Source: Bacteroidales bacterium (lineage in GTDB: Bacteria; Bacteroidota; Bacteroidia; Bacteroidales; WCHB1-69). From it: a stretch of 64,000 bases of DNA. The stretch is from positions 69,760-133,759 of the forward strand of contig JAFZIP010000010.1 in NCBI GenBank assembly GCA_017554325.1. Reading direction: 5' to 3'. The notes beneath the pieces are model-generated. The model searched no databases and was not told the origin of the DNA. It was given only the letters and a program-made list of their open reading frames with translations. Positions 56,349 to 64,000 of the stretch are shown piece after piece (the stretch's first letter is position 1; every line of letters begins with the position of its first letter). The position numbers and the translations under genes are program-made.

Positions 56349-58784
56349 CTACAGCACTACAATGACCCCCTTCATCACCGGGTAGGGCTTCCCGTTATAG
56401 TCCACCATCTTCAAAGTATATACGTAAGTTTGATTAGTAAGTTCTTGCTCCGGATAATCCTCGCTGAAGCGGGCTCCACGCCACTTGAAGTTCACATCAG
56501 TGGTGTGGAACACCGTCTGGCCGTTTTTGTTATAGACCGTAAACTCCAGTGATTTCACCAGACTCTTCTGAGGAATCTCGAAATAGTCATTAATACCATC
56601 ATGGTTCGACGGAGTGATGGTATTGGGCAAGTTCATGAAGGGCATGCACGCCGAAATCTTGTAACTGGCCTTTGTTACGCATCCTGCATCTCCAATAGCG
56701 GCTTCCACAGTATAAACACCTGCATGTTCTGCCAGATAACTGGAGCCTGTGAGACTCTCGTCCTCATTCCAACTCAACACATGAATATCCTCTTGATCGA
56801 ACGACATGTTGGGAGCCGGCACCACAGTGAGCGTAGTACGGAAAGAATCGCAGTAGTCACCCACATCCACAATCTCTATTTTGGGATCCATCACTTCCAC
56901 GGTTACCACAACGATGCTGTCGCAATAATTCCAGGATATGTCGCCAAAATCATTACCCACATGGCATTCTTTTTCACCTGGATTATCCCATCGATAGGTC
57001 TGTCCATATTTTTCGCTACTGAAGAAGAATGGCAACTGGTTTTCACAGACACGCACCGTCGAATCCATGACTCCCGGCCTCACGTAAGAGGGATCCAGAC
57101 CTATGTTCATCTCAATGGTATCGCTACATTTTTGCAACGAATCCTGCATGATGAGCTTGATCATAATGGAGTCGCCACCCGCCTCGTAATTGAAGTGCGT
57201 CAGATCTATATCGGCCGTATTGCTCACATTGAACACAGGATCCATCAGGCCATTGCTGCCGGGTATTTCACGATATTCACCGGCGGTATTCTTGTAATAC
57301 CACTCGATATGCTGGATGGGAGTCTGCAGCGTAGTGTCATAACCGCTACCATTTTCCTTTGGTGTAAGTTCACTTACCTTTCCCGTGTTATGCAGCTGGA
57401 TAATATGGGAACAGGGATAGTCAAGATCCTTAACCTGCTCATAAATAAAGTCGGGTTCGATCTTATACAATTTAATATATGCCTCGTAGGTAAACGGCAC
57501 GCCGGAATAGGATTTCATCACACAGCGGTAATAGGGCCAGACTTTAGCTCCTGGCACGGTAGGATCAATGTTGATATTGTAAGCTGTACCTGATACACCT
57601 GGGGGGACAGGGGGAGATGACGGATCAAGAATAGAATTTGAATGTTGAGGATCCGTGCCGTAATGCCATTCATAGTAATGCTCGTCGAAGCCCCATGGTA
57701 CAGACAGATTGATTGATTCATCACCGCAAGCATCCACCGAAATATATCCAGGAATCAATTTGGCGGCAAACATACCGAAAGCCCAGTGGGCCACACCCTC
57801 ACAGGCCGCAGCCCGGATACGCAGTCTCACTGCCTTATTGGGTACTGCATTGGCGTATGCAGAGAGATCGAAAGCCAATGGTTTGTATTCGAACCAAGTG
57901 ACTGGATATAAGGCATTACCACTAGTCTGAGCGGTAGGGCATTCACGATAGGCAAAAGAAGTGGGGGTAGTTTTCGTGTTTGAAGTGTTCACCCAATAAT
58001 AGGTGTAAACACCGTAGTCATCGGGACCACATGAAAAGTCTTGATTTGCTCCGTTTCCACTTGGAGACGCCAAAAATTTGTTGTACGGCCAAGCAGTATT
58101 CGCATTTCCCACATTACATTCTCCTGTAGCATTGTTTTTGGTAAAATTGTTATAATAACCGCTCGGAACCAACTGTTCGGTGCTGCTGTTTGTGCCATCC
58201 AGAACCTCTATGGAGAACTTCGGATTCCAATCCGGATCATGGCTGGAAACGTTTTCCTGCGCAAACGTAAAATAGACCAACAAGGTACTGGAATCTTTCG
58301 GCGGATAGAACCAATACTCTATCTCCTGGCTGTGCATACACGCACCGCTGTGCTGGTAGCATCCGAGACGGATCACCTTTTCCTGGTAGTGGGTCGGGTC
58401 ACCATCCCATGACCGAGGAATCACCTTTTCATGCGTATAGCGGGGTGTTCCATTCGGATTTGTTCCGTTCAAATAGCATCTGCACGGGTCGTCGGACTGG
58501 GTGGTAATCAGCAGGTGACTGGCCCCCAAGCCAGTACCTGTCGTACCCATGTTTTGAGTCCAGTTGCGGGCACTATTACCATAACGGCAGCGCACATACT
58601 TATGATTCGCATCGCCCAGTGTCATGAAGTCAAGCGGCTGCGGATCGCCATTGGGCAGCACGTCGGTCTCGCGCCAAGGTGTGTATGTGTATCCTGTCTG
58701 TGCCTTGGTTTCAAAAGACATGGAAAACAGGAGTGCAAAGGCGCAAACCATCACAAAAGAAAAAATATCACGTCTCATATTCAT
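56349..58784 (-). CDS. Secreted T9SS cargo protein with a type B C-terminal sorting domain (gliding-motility-associated CTD)
   Basis: Signal peptide ends TKA|QTG. The C-terminus reads PNTITPSNHDGINDYFEI...YVYTLKMVDYNGKPYPVMKGVIVVL, which is TIGR04131-like. The N-terminal 450 aa or so are paralogous to the next gene. Confidence 0.8.
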   Translation of the reverse strand: MNMRRDIFSFVMVCAFALLFSMSFETKAQTGYTYTPWRETDVLPNGDPQPLDFMTLGDANHKYVRCRYGNSARNWTQNMGTTGTGLGASHLLITTQSDDPCRCYLNGTNPNGTPRYTHEKVIPRSWDGDPTHYQEKVIRLGCYQHSGACMHSQEIEYWFYPPKDSSTLLVYFTFAQENVSSHDPDWNPKFSIEVLDGTNSSTEQLVPSGYYNNFTKNNATGECNVGNANTAWPYNKFLASPSGNGANQDFSCGPDDYGVYTYYWVNTSNTKTTPTSFAYRECPTAQTSGNALYPVTWFEYKPLAFDLSAYANAVPNKAVRLRIRAAACEGVAHWAFGMFAAKLIPGYISVDACGDESINLSVPWGFDEHYYEWHYGTDPQHSNSILDPSSPPVPPGVSGTAYNINIDPTVPGAKVWPYYRCVMKSYSGVPFTYEAYIKLYKIEPDFIYEQVKDLDYPCSHIIQLHNTGKVSELTPKENGSGYDTTLQTPIQHIEWYYKNTAGEYREIPGSNGLMDPVFNVSNTADIDLTHFNYEAGGDSIMIKLIMQDSLQKCSDTIEMNIGLDPSYVRPGVMDSTVRVCENQLPFFFSSEKYGQTYRWDNPGEKECHVGNDFGDISWNYCDSIVVVTVEVMDPKIEIVDVGDYCDSFRTTLTVVPAPNMSFDQEDIHVLSWNEDESLTGSSYLAEHAGVYTVEAAIGDAGCVTKASYKISACMPFMNLPNTITPSNHDGINDYFEIPQKSLVKSLEFTVYNKNGQTVFHTTDVNFKWRGARFSEDYPEQELTNQTYVYTLKMVDYNGKPYPVMKGVIVVL

Positions 58785-58874
58785 AAAAATTAAATTGTTC
58801 TACTTGCAAACTATCTTCATAACGAAATTCCCCTCCCCTATGTTGCAAGTCAATTTCTCATTTTCCTAAAAAGG

Positions 58875-60788
58875 TTACAATTTATAGATTAATTTAGTCA
58901 ATGAACCCTGTTCGGTCCGAACCTGGACAGAATAGACTCCCGACGGCAGTCCCTCCACATCCAAAGTCACAGAGTGTCCTTCCGCCCTGCGGGTCTGGAG
59001 CAGGCGGCCTTCCATATTATACAGCGAGACTTGCTGAAGCGAGTTTCCGTCATCTACAGAGACCGTCACCAGATTAGTGGCAGGATTGGGATAAACTTTG
59101 AGATCATCTGCAGAGAAGTCCTGAATGGAGACATGGTTCACACTATCCACATGCACCAGTCCCGACAGGGAATCGCAACAGCGGAAATCATTGTCCCACA
59201 CTTTCAGTTTCACCATGAAGAAGCCTTGCTCATTATACACATGCAGCGGTTGCAAGCTGGTGTCTCGCGGGCTGTTGTCGCCAAAGTCCCACTCCACATT
59301 TTGGAATTCCGAATGAATCGTATCCGTTCCTGTCGGCACGCTATACTGCTCATAGATGCTTTTGTTGATAAACTGAACGGAATATTGATTGTTAGCCACG
59401 TCGCTCTGTACTTGTTCGTACCTAAAATCCGCTTTCATCTTCTTGTAGCTGCTGACACAGCACTCATAGATGATGGGGACGCCTGCCTGTGTTTTCACTT
59501 CACAACGGTAATAAGGATATATATCGTCATCGGTACGACTTAAGTGTACACGATGCAGGCCGTCATAATGGGTGCGTTGCGCCGAAGCGGAATCGGCCCC
59601 GCAATACCAGATATAGGAATTCTCGCTGAAGCCGTCCGGCACCGTCAGCACAATCTCGTCGAGACTGCAGTCATCCACATCGATATATCCGGGTATCATC
59701 TTGGCAGCAAAATAGCCGTATGCCCAATGATAGGTAGCCTGGCACGCGTGCGCCTTCACGCGGAAGATAACCTTCTGATGCCGACGCGCCTGCTCCGACA
59801 GATTGAACGCAATCTGTGTGTAACGGAACCACTCGCTCTCCAATGAGCTGTGAGACTCCGGAATGTGGCTTCCATACTGGGCAAAAGGACAGTCGGTAAT
59901 CTCGAAGGCTTTGTTTTCATCATTGGTGCCATAATAGTCATAGCCAACGGGCGTGGCCAAACAATACGGTATATGGCAGGTGGAATTGGACGGGTTGATG
60001 GGCACATACAGGAAACGGGAATAGGGCCAGTAATAGGGATACTGGTCCATGGGCACACCGCTCAGATCGGGATAATAGCCCAAATCGAGCAGATGATGCG
60101 CCGAGTCCATCACCTCCACATAGAAAAACGGGTTGTAATAGGTCTGGTGGTTCGACTTCTCGGTTGCGAAAGCCAGCATCACCATCAACACACTTTCGTT
60201 GGTATCGGGTATGAAATAGTACTCGATGGACTGGCTCATCGTGCCCTGATCAACCGGGCCGCCCAGTTGGATCACGGTATCGATGTCATCGCCGGGGGTG
60301 CCGGGTTCCAGGTCCCAGCCGCCGACAGGCAGCACCGGGCTGCGCGCGTAGTTGTTGTTGCCGGTCAGGTAGCACATGCACCAATCGGTGCCGTCGCCGG
60401 CGATGCCCGACTGGTTGTACATGGAGGAGCTCCAATTAGTGCCACGCACCAGCATACGATGGCTCCAGTTGGTGGGGGTCTGCGTCAAGCGGCCCACCGT
60501 GGCCGTACCCGCATGGGATCCTGCGGTAGATGCCGACCAGTTGCCCGGATTGGTTCCATAAGATGCAGGGGTGACATCGTTGCCCGAATTGTGGTAATTG
60601 ACATTGTTGTCATTGCACGAATCCCAATAGCTGCCATAGCGGCATTTCACGTAATTGGCCGTAAAGGTCATGAACGAAGGGGGCGTGCCATTGTGATAAG
60701 TCTGCGCGAAAGACACATCCGCCAGACAAAAAAAGGCCATCAGCATTAAAACTAGTGGCATTACCGGAAAAAAATGTTTCTTATTCAT
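58875..60788 (-). CDS. Secreted T9SS cargo protein with a PKD-like domain and a type A C-terminal sorting domain
   Basis: Signal peptide ends SFA|QTY. PKD-like block VEWDFGDNSPRD...HVYNEQGFFMVKLKVWD. The C-terminus reads LKVYPNPATNLVTVSV...LPSGVYSVQVRTEQGSLTKLIYKL, which is Por_Secre_tail-like. Confidence 0.8.
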   Translation of the reverse strand: MNKKHFFPVMPLVLMLMAFFCLADVSFAQTYHNGTPPSFMTFTANYVKCRYGSYWDSCNDNNVNYHNSGNDVTPASYGTNPGNWSASTAGSHAGTATVGRLTQTPTNWSHRMLVRGTNWSSSMYNQSGIAGDGTDWCMCYLTGNNNYARSPVLPVGGWDLEPGTPGDDIDTVIQLGGPVDQGTMSQSIEYYFIPDTNESVLMVMLAFATEKSNHQTYYNPFFYVEVMDSAHHLLDLGYYPDLSGVPMDQYPYYWPYSRFLYVPINPSNSTCHIPYCLATPVGYDYYGTNDENKAFEITDCPFAQYGSHIPESHSSLESEWFRYTQIAFNLSEQARRHQKVIFRVKAHACQATYHWAYGYFAAKMIPGYIDVDDCSLDEIVLTVPDGFSENSYIWYCGADSASAQRTHYDGLHRVHLSRTDDDIYPYYRCEVKTQAGVPIIYECCVSSYKKMKADFRYEQVQSDVANNQYSVQFINKSIYEQYSVPTGTDTIHSEFQNVEWDFGDNSPRDTSLQPLHVYNEQGFFMVKLKVWDNDFRCCDSLSGLVHVDSVNHVSIQDFSADDLKVYPNPATNLVTVSVDDGNSLQQVSLYNMEGRLLQTRRAEGHSVTLDVEGLPSGVYSVQVRTEQGSLTKLIYKL

Positions 60789-60844
60789 AACTTTGATTTG
60801 TTCATGCATGTTGAGGGAGTGTTTCCCCTATGCGGTTACGGCTG

Positions 60845-60852
60845 CAAATATA
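60845..60852 (-). promoter_or_regulatory. -7 box TATATTTG upstream of the type A cargo gene
   Basis: Plus strand reads caaatata, about 57 nt upstream of the ATG at 60788. Confidence 0.45.
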
Positions 60853-60889
60853 AAAAAAATACACAGACATACATAGCCTGTGTATTTTT
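60853..60889 (-). terminator. Hairpin with flanking A/T runs immediately 3' of the tRNA
   Basis: tacacag-(11 nt loop)-ctgtgta, flanked by an A-run and a T-run, so it could act in both directions. Confidence 0.6.
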
Positions 60890-60966
60890 TGGTGGCGGGA
60901 ACGGGAATTGAACTCGTGACCTCCGGGTTATGAATCCGACGCTCTAACCGACTGAGCTACCCCGCC
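60890..60966 (-). tRNA. tRNA with CAT anticodon, most likely elongator tRNA-Met (tRNA-Ile2/lysidine not excluded); CCA encoded
   Basis: The minus strand reads GGCGGGGTAGCTCAGTCGGTTAGAGCGTCGGATTCATAACCCGGAGGTCACGAGTTCAATTCCCGTTCCCGCCACCA. A cloverleaf can be drawn, with A31-C39 and 52-62 mismatches. The G1-C72 pair argues against an initiator tRNA. Confidence 0.85.
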
Positions 60967-60979
60967 GTATTTGAGGCTG

Positions 60980-60987
60980 CAAAAATA
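60980..60987 (-). promoter_or_regulatory. -7 box TATTTTTG upstream of the tRNA
   Basis: Plus strand reads caaaaata, 13 nt from the mature 5' end of the tRNA. Confidence 0.55.
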
Positions 60988-61054
60988 CACTTTTTTTCAT
61001 TTGCTCGGAAAAAAAACCTCAATGTTTTTCCATATTTGCACAAACTTGGCTACG

Positions 61055-61756
61055 CTAAGCCTTGATTTTCTCAAACAACGGTGAGAATGGTGATGCCTCC
61101 GTATCCACAAACACGTGAGAGACAGGATGTTCGAACACCAGTCGGCGCGCGTGCAGCGCAATGGAGCCATCCTCGTTGGAACGGCGCGCGCCGTACTTCA
61201 AATCGCCCTTGATGGGATGGCCGATGGCAGACAGCTGTGCCCTTATCTGGTGATGGCGCCCCGTGTGCAGTTCGATTTCGAGCAGGGAATAACGCTCTGA
61301 AACGCCAATCCTGCGGAATTCCAGCTCAGCCCGCTGCATGCCGGGTTTCTCCGTTTCGGAGACAAAGCTCTTGTTCAGCCGCTCGTTCTTCTGCATATAA
61401 TGTACCAGATGTCCTTGCTCCGGAGCCACGCCCTCGACGATGGCCCAGTAAATCTTGCGCACCGCACGGTTCTTCACCATCTCGCACATGCGCGACAGGG
61501 CTTTGGAGGTTTTGGCATAGATGACCGCACCGCTCACGGGCCTATCGATGCGGTGAACCAAGCCACAGAACACGTTCCCGGGCTTGTTGCCCTTCACGCG
61601 GATGTAGTCGCGCACCAGCTCCAGCAAGGGCTTGTCGCCCGTCTGGTCGCCCTGCACAATCTCACCTGCCCTCTTGTTGACAATGAGCAGGTGATTGTCC
61701 TCATACAGGATGCGGTCTTGCAACAAAATAATGGGATCAATACTGTTCGGACTCAT
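61055..61756 (-). CDS. RluA-family pseudouridine synthase
   Basis: [15 protein letters not shown], the catalytic HRIDRPVSG motif, and [10 protein letters not shown]. The start is set at 61756 and overlaps the panB end by 20 nt. Confidence 0.85.
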   Translation of the reverse strand: MSPNSIDPIILLQDRILYEDNHLLIVNKRAGEIVQGDQTGDKPLLELVRDYIRVKGNKPGNVFCGLVHRIDRPVSGAVIYAKTSKALSRMCEMVKNRAVRKIYWAIVEGVAPEQGHLVHYMQKNERLNKSFVSETEKPGMQRAELEFRRIGVSERYSLLEIELHTGRHHQIRAQLSAIGHPIKGDLKYGARRSNEDGSIALHARRLVFEHPVSHVFVDTEASPFSPLFEKIKA

Positions 61757-62558
61757 TGGGGAAGTTCGCACTCTTGACATCATCAATGTAATGCTCTACT
61801 GCACCGACGATTTCCTCGCTCAGATTCAGATAGCGGCGCAGGAAACGCGGGGAAAATTGCTGGGTGACCCCGGCCATGTCGTGGAACACGAGCACCTGGC
61901 CGCTGGTGGAACCGCCGGCACCAATCCCGATGGTGGGGATGTGGATGGACTCGGTGACCGTCTTGGCCAAGGTCGCCGGAATCTTCTCCAGCACCAGGGC
62001 GAAACAGCCATGCTGGTCCAGCAGCTTGGCATTCTCCAACAGCGCCTCCGCCTCGTCATCCGTAGTGGCACGCACAGCGTAGGTGCCGAACTTGTTGATG
62101 GACTGCGGGGTGAGTCCCAGATGGCCCATAACAGGGATACCGGCGCTCAGAATACGATCCACCGACTCAATGACTTCAGCACCGCCTTCCAATTTGATGG
62201 CATCCGCGCCCGACTCCTTCATGATGCGGATGGCGGAGTTTAGGGCTATTTTGGAGTTGCCCTGATAGGTACCGAACGGCATGTCCACCACCACGAGCGC
62301 ACGGTTCACGGCACGCACCACGGAGGATGCATGATAAATCATCTCGTCCAGGGTGATGGGCAAGGTAGTCTTGTAGCCGGCCATCACATTGGCGGCGGAG
62401 TCGCCTACCAGGATGACATCAATCTTGGCCATGTCCAGCAGCGTGGCAATGGAATAGTCGTATGCCGTCAGCACGGCGATACGCTCACCCTGGTCGCGCA
62501 TGCGCTGTAGCGTGTTTGTCGTGATTTTACTAATATTCTCTGTAAGATATTGAGACAT
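61737..62558 (-). CDS. panB: 3-methyl-2-oxobutanoate hydroxymethyltransferase
   Basis: [13 protein letters not shown]...[14 protein letters not shown]...[10 protein letters not shown]...KLEGG...GHLGLTPQS. Confidence 0.93.
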   Translation of the reverse strand: MSQYLTENISKITTNTLQRMRDQGERIAVLTAYDYSIATLLDMAKIDVILVGDSAANVMAGYKTTLPITLDEMIYHASSVVRAVNRALVVVDMPFGTYQGNSKIALNSAIRIMKESGADAIKLEGGAEVIESVDRILSAGIPVMGHLGLTPQSINKFGTYAVRATTDDEAEALLENAKLLDQHGCFALVLEKIPATLAKTVTESIHIPTIGIGAGGSTSGQVLVFHDMAGVTQQFSPRFLRRYLNLSEEIVGAVEHYIDDVKSANFPNESEQY

Positions 62559-62578
62559 AATCTAAAGATTTTGGGCCG

Positions 62579-62586
62579 CAAAAATA
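62579..62586 (-). promoter_or_regulatory. -7 box TATTTTTG upstream of panB
   Basis: Plus strand reads caaaaata, 20 nt from the ATG at 62558. Confidence 0.5.
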
Positions 62587-62636
62587 CAACAAATTATGTC
62601 AACATCAATGTCAAAGGGAAAGGTACTGCCATCGTA

Positions 62637-63383
62637 TTAAAACACCTCTCGATTGTTCGGTTTCTCCAAGGAAAACATACCGTCGCTGAGGGGCGAGAGC
62701 ACATATAGGCCTTTGCGCCGGGCATATTTGTCCGATCCGTTGGCAAAGCGCATGGCAGCCACAGCCGCATACACAGCCTTCCCCTCGAATTCATGGAATA
62801 TTCCCTTGAAGCGTTTCATCTTCTGGAGAAAATAGTCAACGTCTTTCTTATAACATGTTGTCTTCACCTCCACTGCCACGGCTTCCGTCTTGTTGCACAA
62901 TAAAACATCAACCTCCATCTCTTCCTCTCCTACTCTCTCACGTCTTGAACCCTCGTAGGTATGGACGATATCAATGCCCTCCTTCATGAAGATTTTCAAC
63001 GCCGCCGGCCTGCACAGGTCTTCCACTATCTTGCCGAACTCGTTTGTAAAACCGCCATAGCGTTTGTTTGCCTCCTCTATTTGCTTAGATGTCCGATCAA
63101 GCCTCTCGTCCGTTTCCTTGAATAGATTTTCTAATTTCCGGTCAGTCTCTTTCATCTGTTTGGTAGTCTCCTTGACTTGTTTGCCGGTTTCCTCGACCTG
63201 TTTGGTGGTTTTCTCGACCTGTTTGGTGGTTTTCTCAACCTGTTTGGTGGTTTTCTCAACCTGTTTGGTGGTTTCCTTGACCTGTTTGCCGGTTTCCTCG
63301 ACCTGCTTGGTGGTAGCGAGAACGATGTTTTTCAGATCTTCCCAGGTAAGCTGTGCCTGCTGTTGAAATGTCATATTTTCCAT
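62637..63383 (-). CDS. Coiled-coil heptad-repeat protein with a C-terminal PD-(D/E)XK nuclease-like domain (DUF3782-like architecture)
   Basis: The N-terminus carries about 8 tandem KQVEKTT/KQVKETT/KQVEETG heptads. The C-terminus reads EMEVDVLLCNKTEAVAVEVKTTCYKKDVDYFLQKMKRF, which fits a D...E-x-K nuclease core. Confidence 0.6.
   Translation of the reverse strand: MENMTFQQQAQLTWEDLKNIVLATTKQVEETGKQVKETTKQVEKTTKQVEKTTKQVEKTTKQVEETGKQVKETTKQMKETDRKLENLFKETDERLDRTSKQIEEANKRYGGFTNEFGKIVEDLCRPAALKIFMKEGIDIVHTYEGSRRERVGEEEMEVDVLLCNKTEAVAVEVKTTCYKKDVDYFLQKMKRFKGIFHEFEGKAVYAAVAAMRFANGSDKYARRKGLYVLSPLSDGMFSLEKPNNREVF
63153..63320. repeat. Eight tandem 21-bp repeats inside the CDS (plus-strand unit gacctgtttggtggttttctc and variants)
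   Basis: Read directly. The three central units are nearly identical. The outer 42-bp pairs (ccttgacYtgtttgccggtttcctcgacctgYttggtgg) repeat on each side. Confidence 0.85.
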
Positions 63384-63454
63384 AGTTTTAATATTTTAGA
63401 ATCATGTACGCTAGGTTGGAGAGAAAGAATTTTCTCCTCAAAAAAAAGCGATGT

Positions 63455-63462
63455 CGCAAAAA
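63455..63462 (-). promoter_or_regulatory. -7 box TATTTTTG upstream of the PD-(D/E)XK gene
   Basis: Plus strand reads caaaaata, 71 nt from the ATG at 63383. Confidence 0.45.
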
Positions 63463-63578
63463 TACGAATAATTTTAATACAAAGGTAATTTATTGATAAT
63501 TTTTTGATAATTTACGTTTACCCTCCTCCGCATCATCAACACTATTCCGATGGCGCACATCGTAGCAAAGTGACGCGG

Positions 63579-63765
63579 TCAACGGTGGGGATTCCGCCGC
63601 CGGGGGCGGCGGAATGGTGGTGGGCAATCGGGGAATGATGGGGATTTCGCGGCGGGTTGGCATTGGGCTCCGGTGCACGCGACACTCGCGCCGCGAAACG
63701 CCACGAACACACCGCCGAACCACACACCATTCCGCCAACATAGCTAGCGCCCCCAACGTTAACTG
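63579..63765. repeat. GC-rich imperfect palindrome of about 190 bp with nested perfect stems (candidate structured RNA or decayed element)
   Basis: Arm 63579-63654 pairs with 63689-63765. Outer stem: ggcggaatggtg (63608-63619) with caccattccgcc (63725-63736). Inner stem: 10 bp, tttcgcggcg (63645-63654) with cgccgcgaaa (63689-63698). A separate perfect 11-bp hairpin at 63591-63615 competes with the outer stem. Confidence 0.6.
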
Positions 63766-63875
63766 AAAAAAGCAAGGGCGCAGCCCAACGGCCACGCCCC
63801 TCGTAATAAGCATATTCCCAAGATTCCTCCCACGGGATATTCGAGGCCCCGTTCGGGTCATTGGCGCAAAGGGAA

Positions 63876-64000
63876 TCATACACATGATGCAAGGAGTCTT
63901 CGTTCACGGGTGGTGCGAAGGTTTGACTTCATCCATACTTGTTTGCCTATCCTGACTGCATCATAGCGGTTCCCGTCATAGTCTTTCACCGCATTGCGAA
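63876..64000 (-). pseudogene. Truncated FISUMP-domain (Fibrobacter succinogenes major paralogous domain) gene fragment; 5' end lies outside the window
   Basis: The minus-strand frame reads AVKDYDGNRYDAVRIGKQVWMKSNLRTT, the canonical start of the domain. It then hits a stop 10 codons later (stop at 63876-63878). The rest of the domain is not found in any frame. Confidence 0.45.

Noticed and set aside
60890-60966. The tRNA(CAT) as an initiator tRNA-fMet.
   Set aside because: Positions 1-72 form a G-C pair. The anticodon stem also lacks the three consecutive G-C pairs typical of initiators.
63600-63800. A diversity-generating retroelement variable region with IMH and hairpin. This was suggested by the FISUMP/C-type-lectin-like target, the A-poor coding strand, the GC hairpin, and arm-to-arm mismatches that often fall at A positions.
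   Set aside because: No reverse transcriptase, Avd or template repeat is in the window. The two related segments are inverted, not direct. Only about half of their mismatches involve A. No frame gives a lectin-fold C-terminus. The idea is kept only as a remote possibility inside the palindrome finding.
63545-63880. The GC-rich segment as RNase P RNA, tmRNA or a common riboswitch.
   Set aside because: I could not find the universally conserved strings: GGAAAGTCCGG and ACAGAACCCGGCTTA for RNase P, a tRNA-like GGGG...CCACCA frame for tmRNA, or the B12 box.
63490-63907. ORFs 63490-63885 (131 aa) and 63542-63907 (121 aa) as real genes.
   Set aside because: The two overlap each other in different frames within a GC-rich self-complementary segment. 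Their translations are Arg/Pro/Gly/His-rich with no motifs, so the ORFs are most likely an artefact of low stop-codon frequency.

Overview
This is a densely coding chromosomal segment of Bacteroidales type, Prevotella-like. The assignment rests on T9SS genes, TAnnTTTG promoter boxes and A|Q signal-peptide junctions. I support about 55 protein genes and one tRNA(CAT). I saw no rRNA, CRISPR array, transposase or integrase. Main blocks, left to right:
- tnaA, recQ and hldD.
- A complete T9SS core operon, porP-porK-porL-porM-porN (12417 down to 6460, minus strand), lying behind a 1152-aa predicted outer-membrane barrel.
- A transketolase C-terminal half, then an ECF sigma / anti-sigma / periplasmic trio.
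- rpsL-rpsG-fusA-rpsJ, which ends at a terminator instead of running into rplC.
- An HdrB-like / HdrA-like pair, then a glycogen cluster (debranching enzyme, GT4 synthase, GH57).
- aroA, a rhomboid protease, an EEP-family protein, and a GWxTD / sugar-transferase / porin operon.
- glyQS, the hldE kinase, tsaD divergent from tamB, glyA, and the LpxL-like acyltransferase with gmhB.
- murG, lysC and a glutaminyl cyclase.
- Two adjacent paralogous T9SS cargo genes, one with a type B and one with a type A C-terminal sorting domain.
- rluA and panB.

Two dispersed non-coding repeat families stand out: GTAGAGACG...CGTCTCTAC palindromes placed just 3' of genes, and 7-nt-period tandem arrays (GAGATTA/GAGTTTA) in intercistronic spacers. 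The right edge (62.6-64 kb) looks accessory. It holds a PD-(D/E)XK protein whose N-terminus is encoded by eight 21-bp tandem repeats, a GC-rich imperfect palindrome of about 190 bp, and a truncated FISUMP-domain fragment. All functional calls come from reading the translated ORFs against remembered family motifs; no searches were run.
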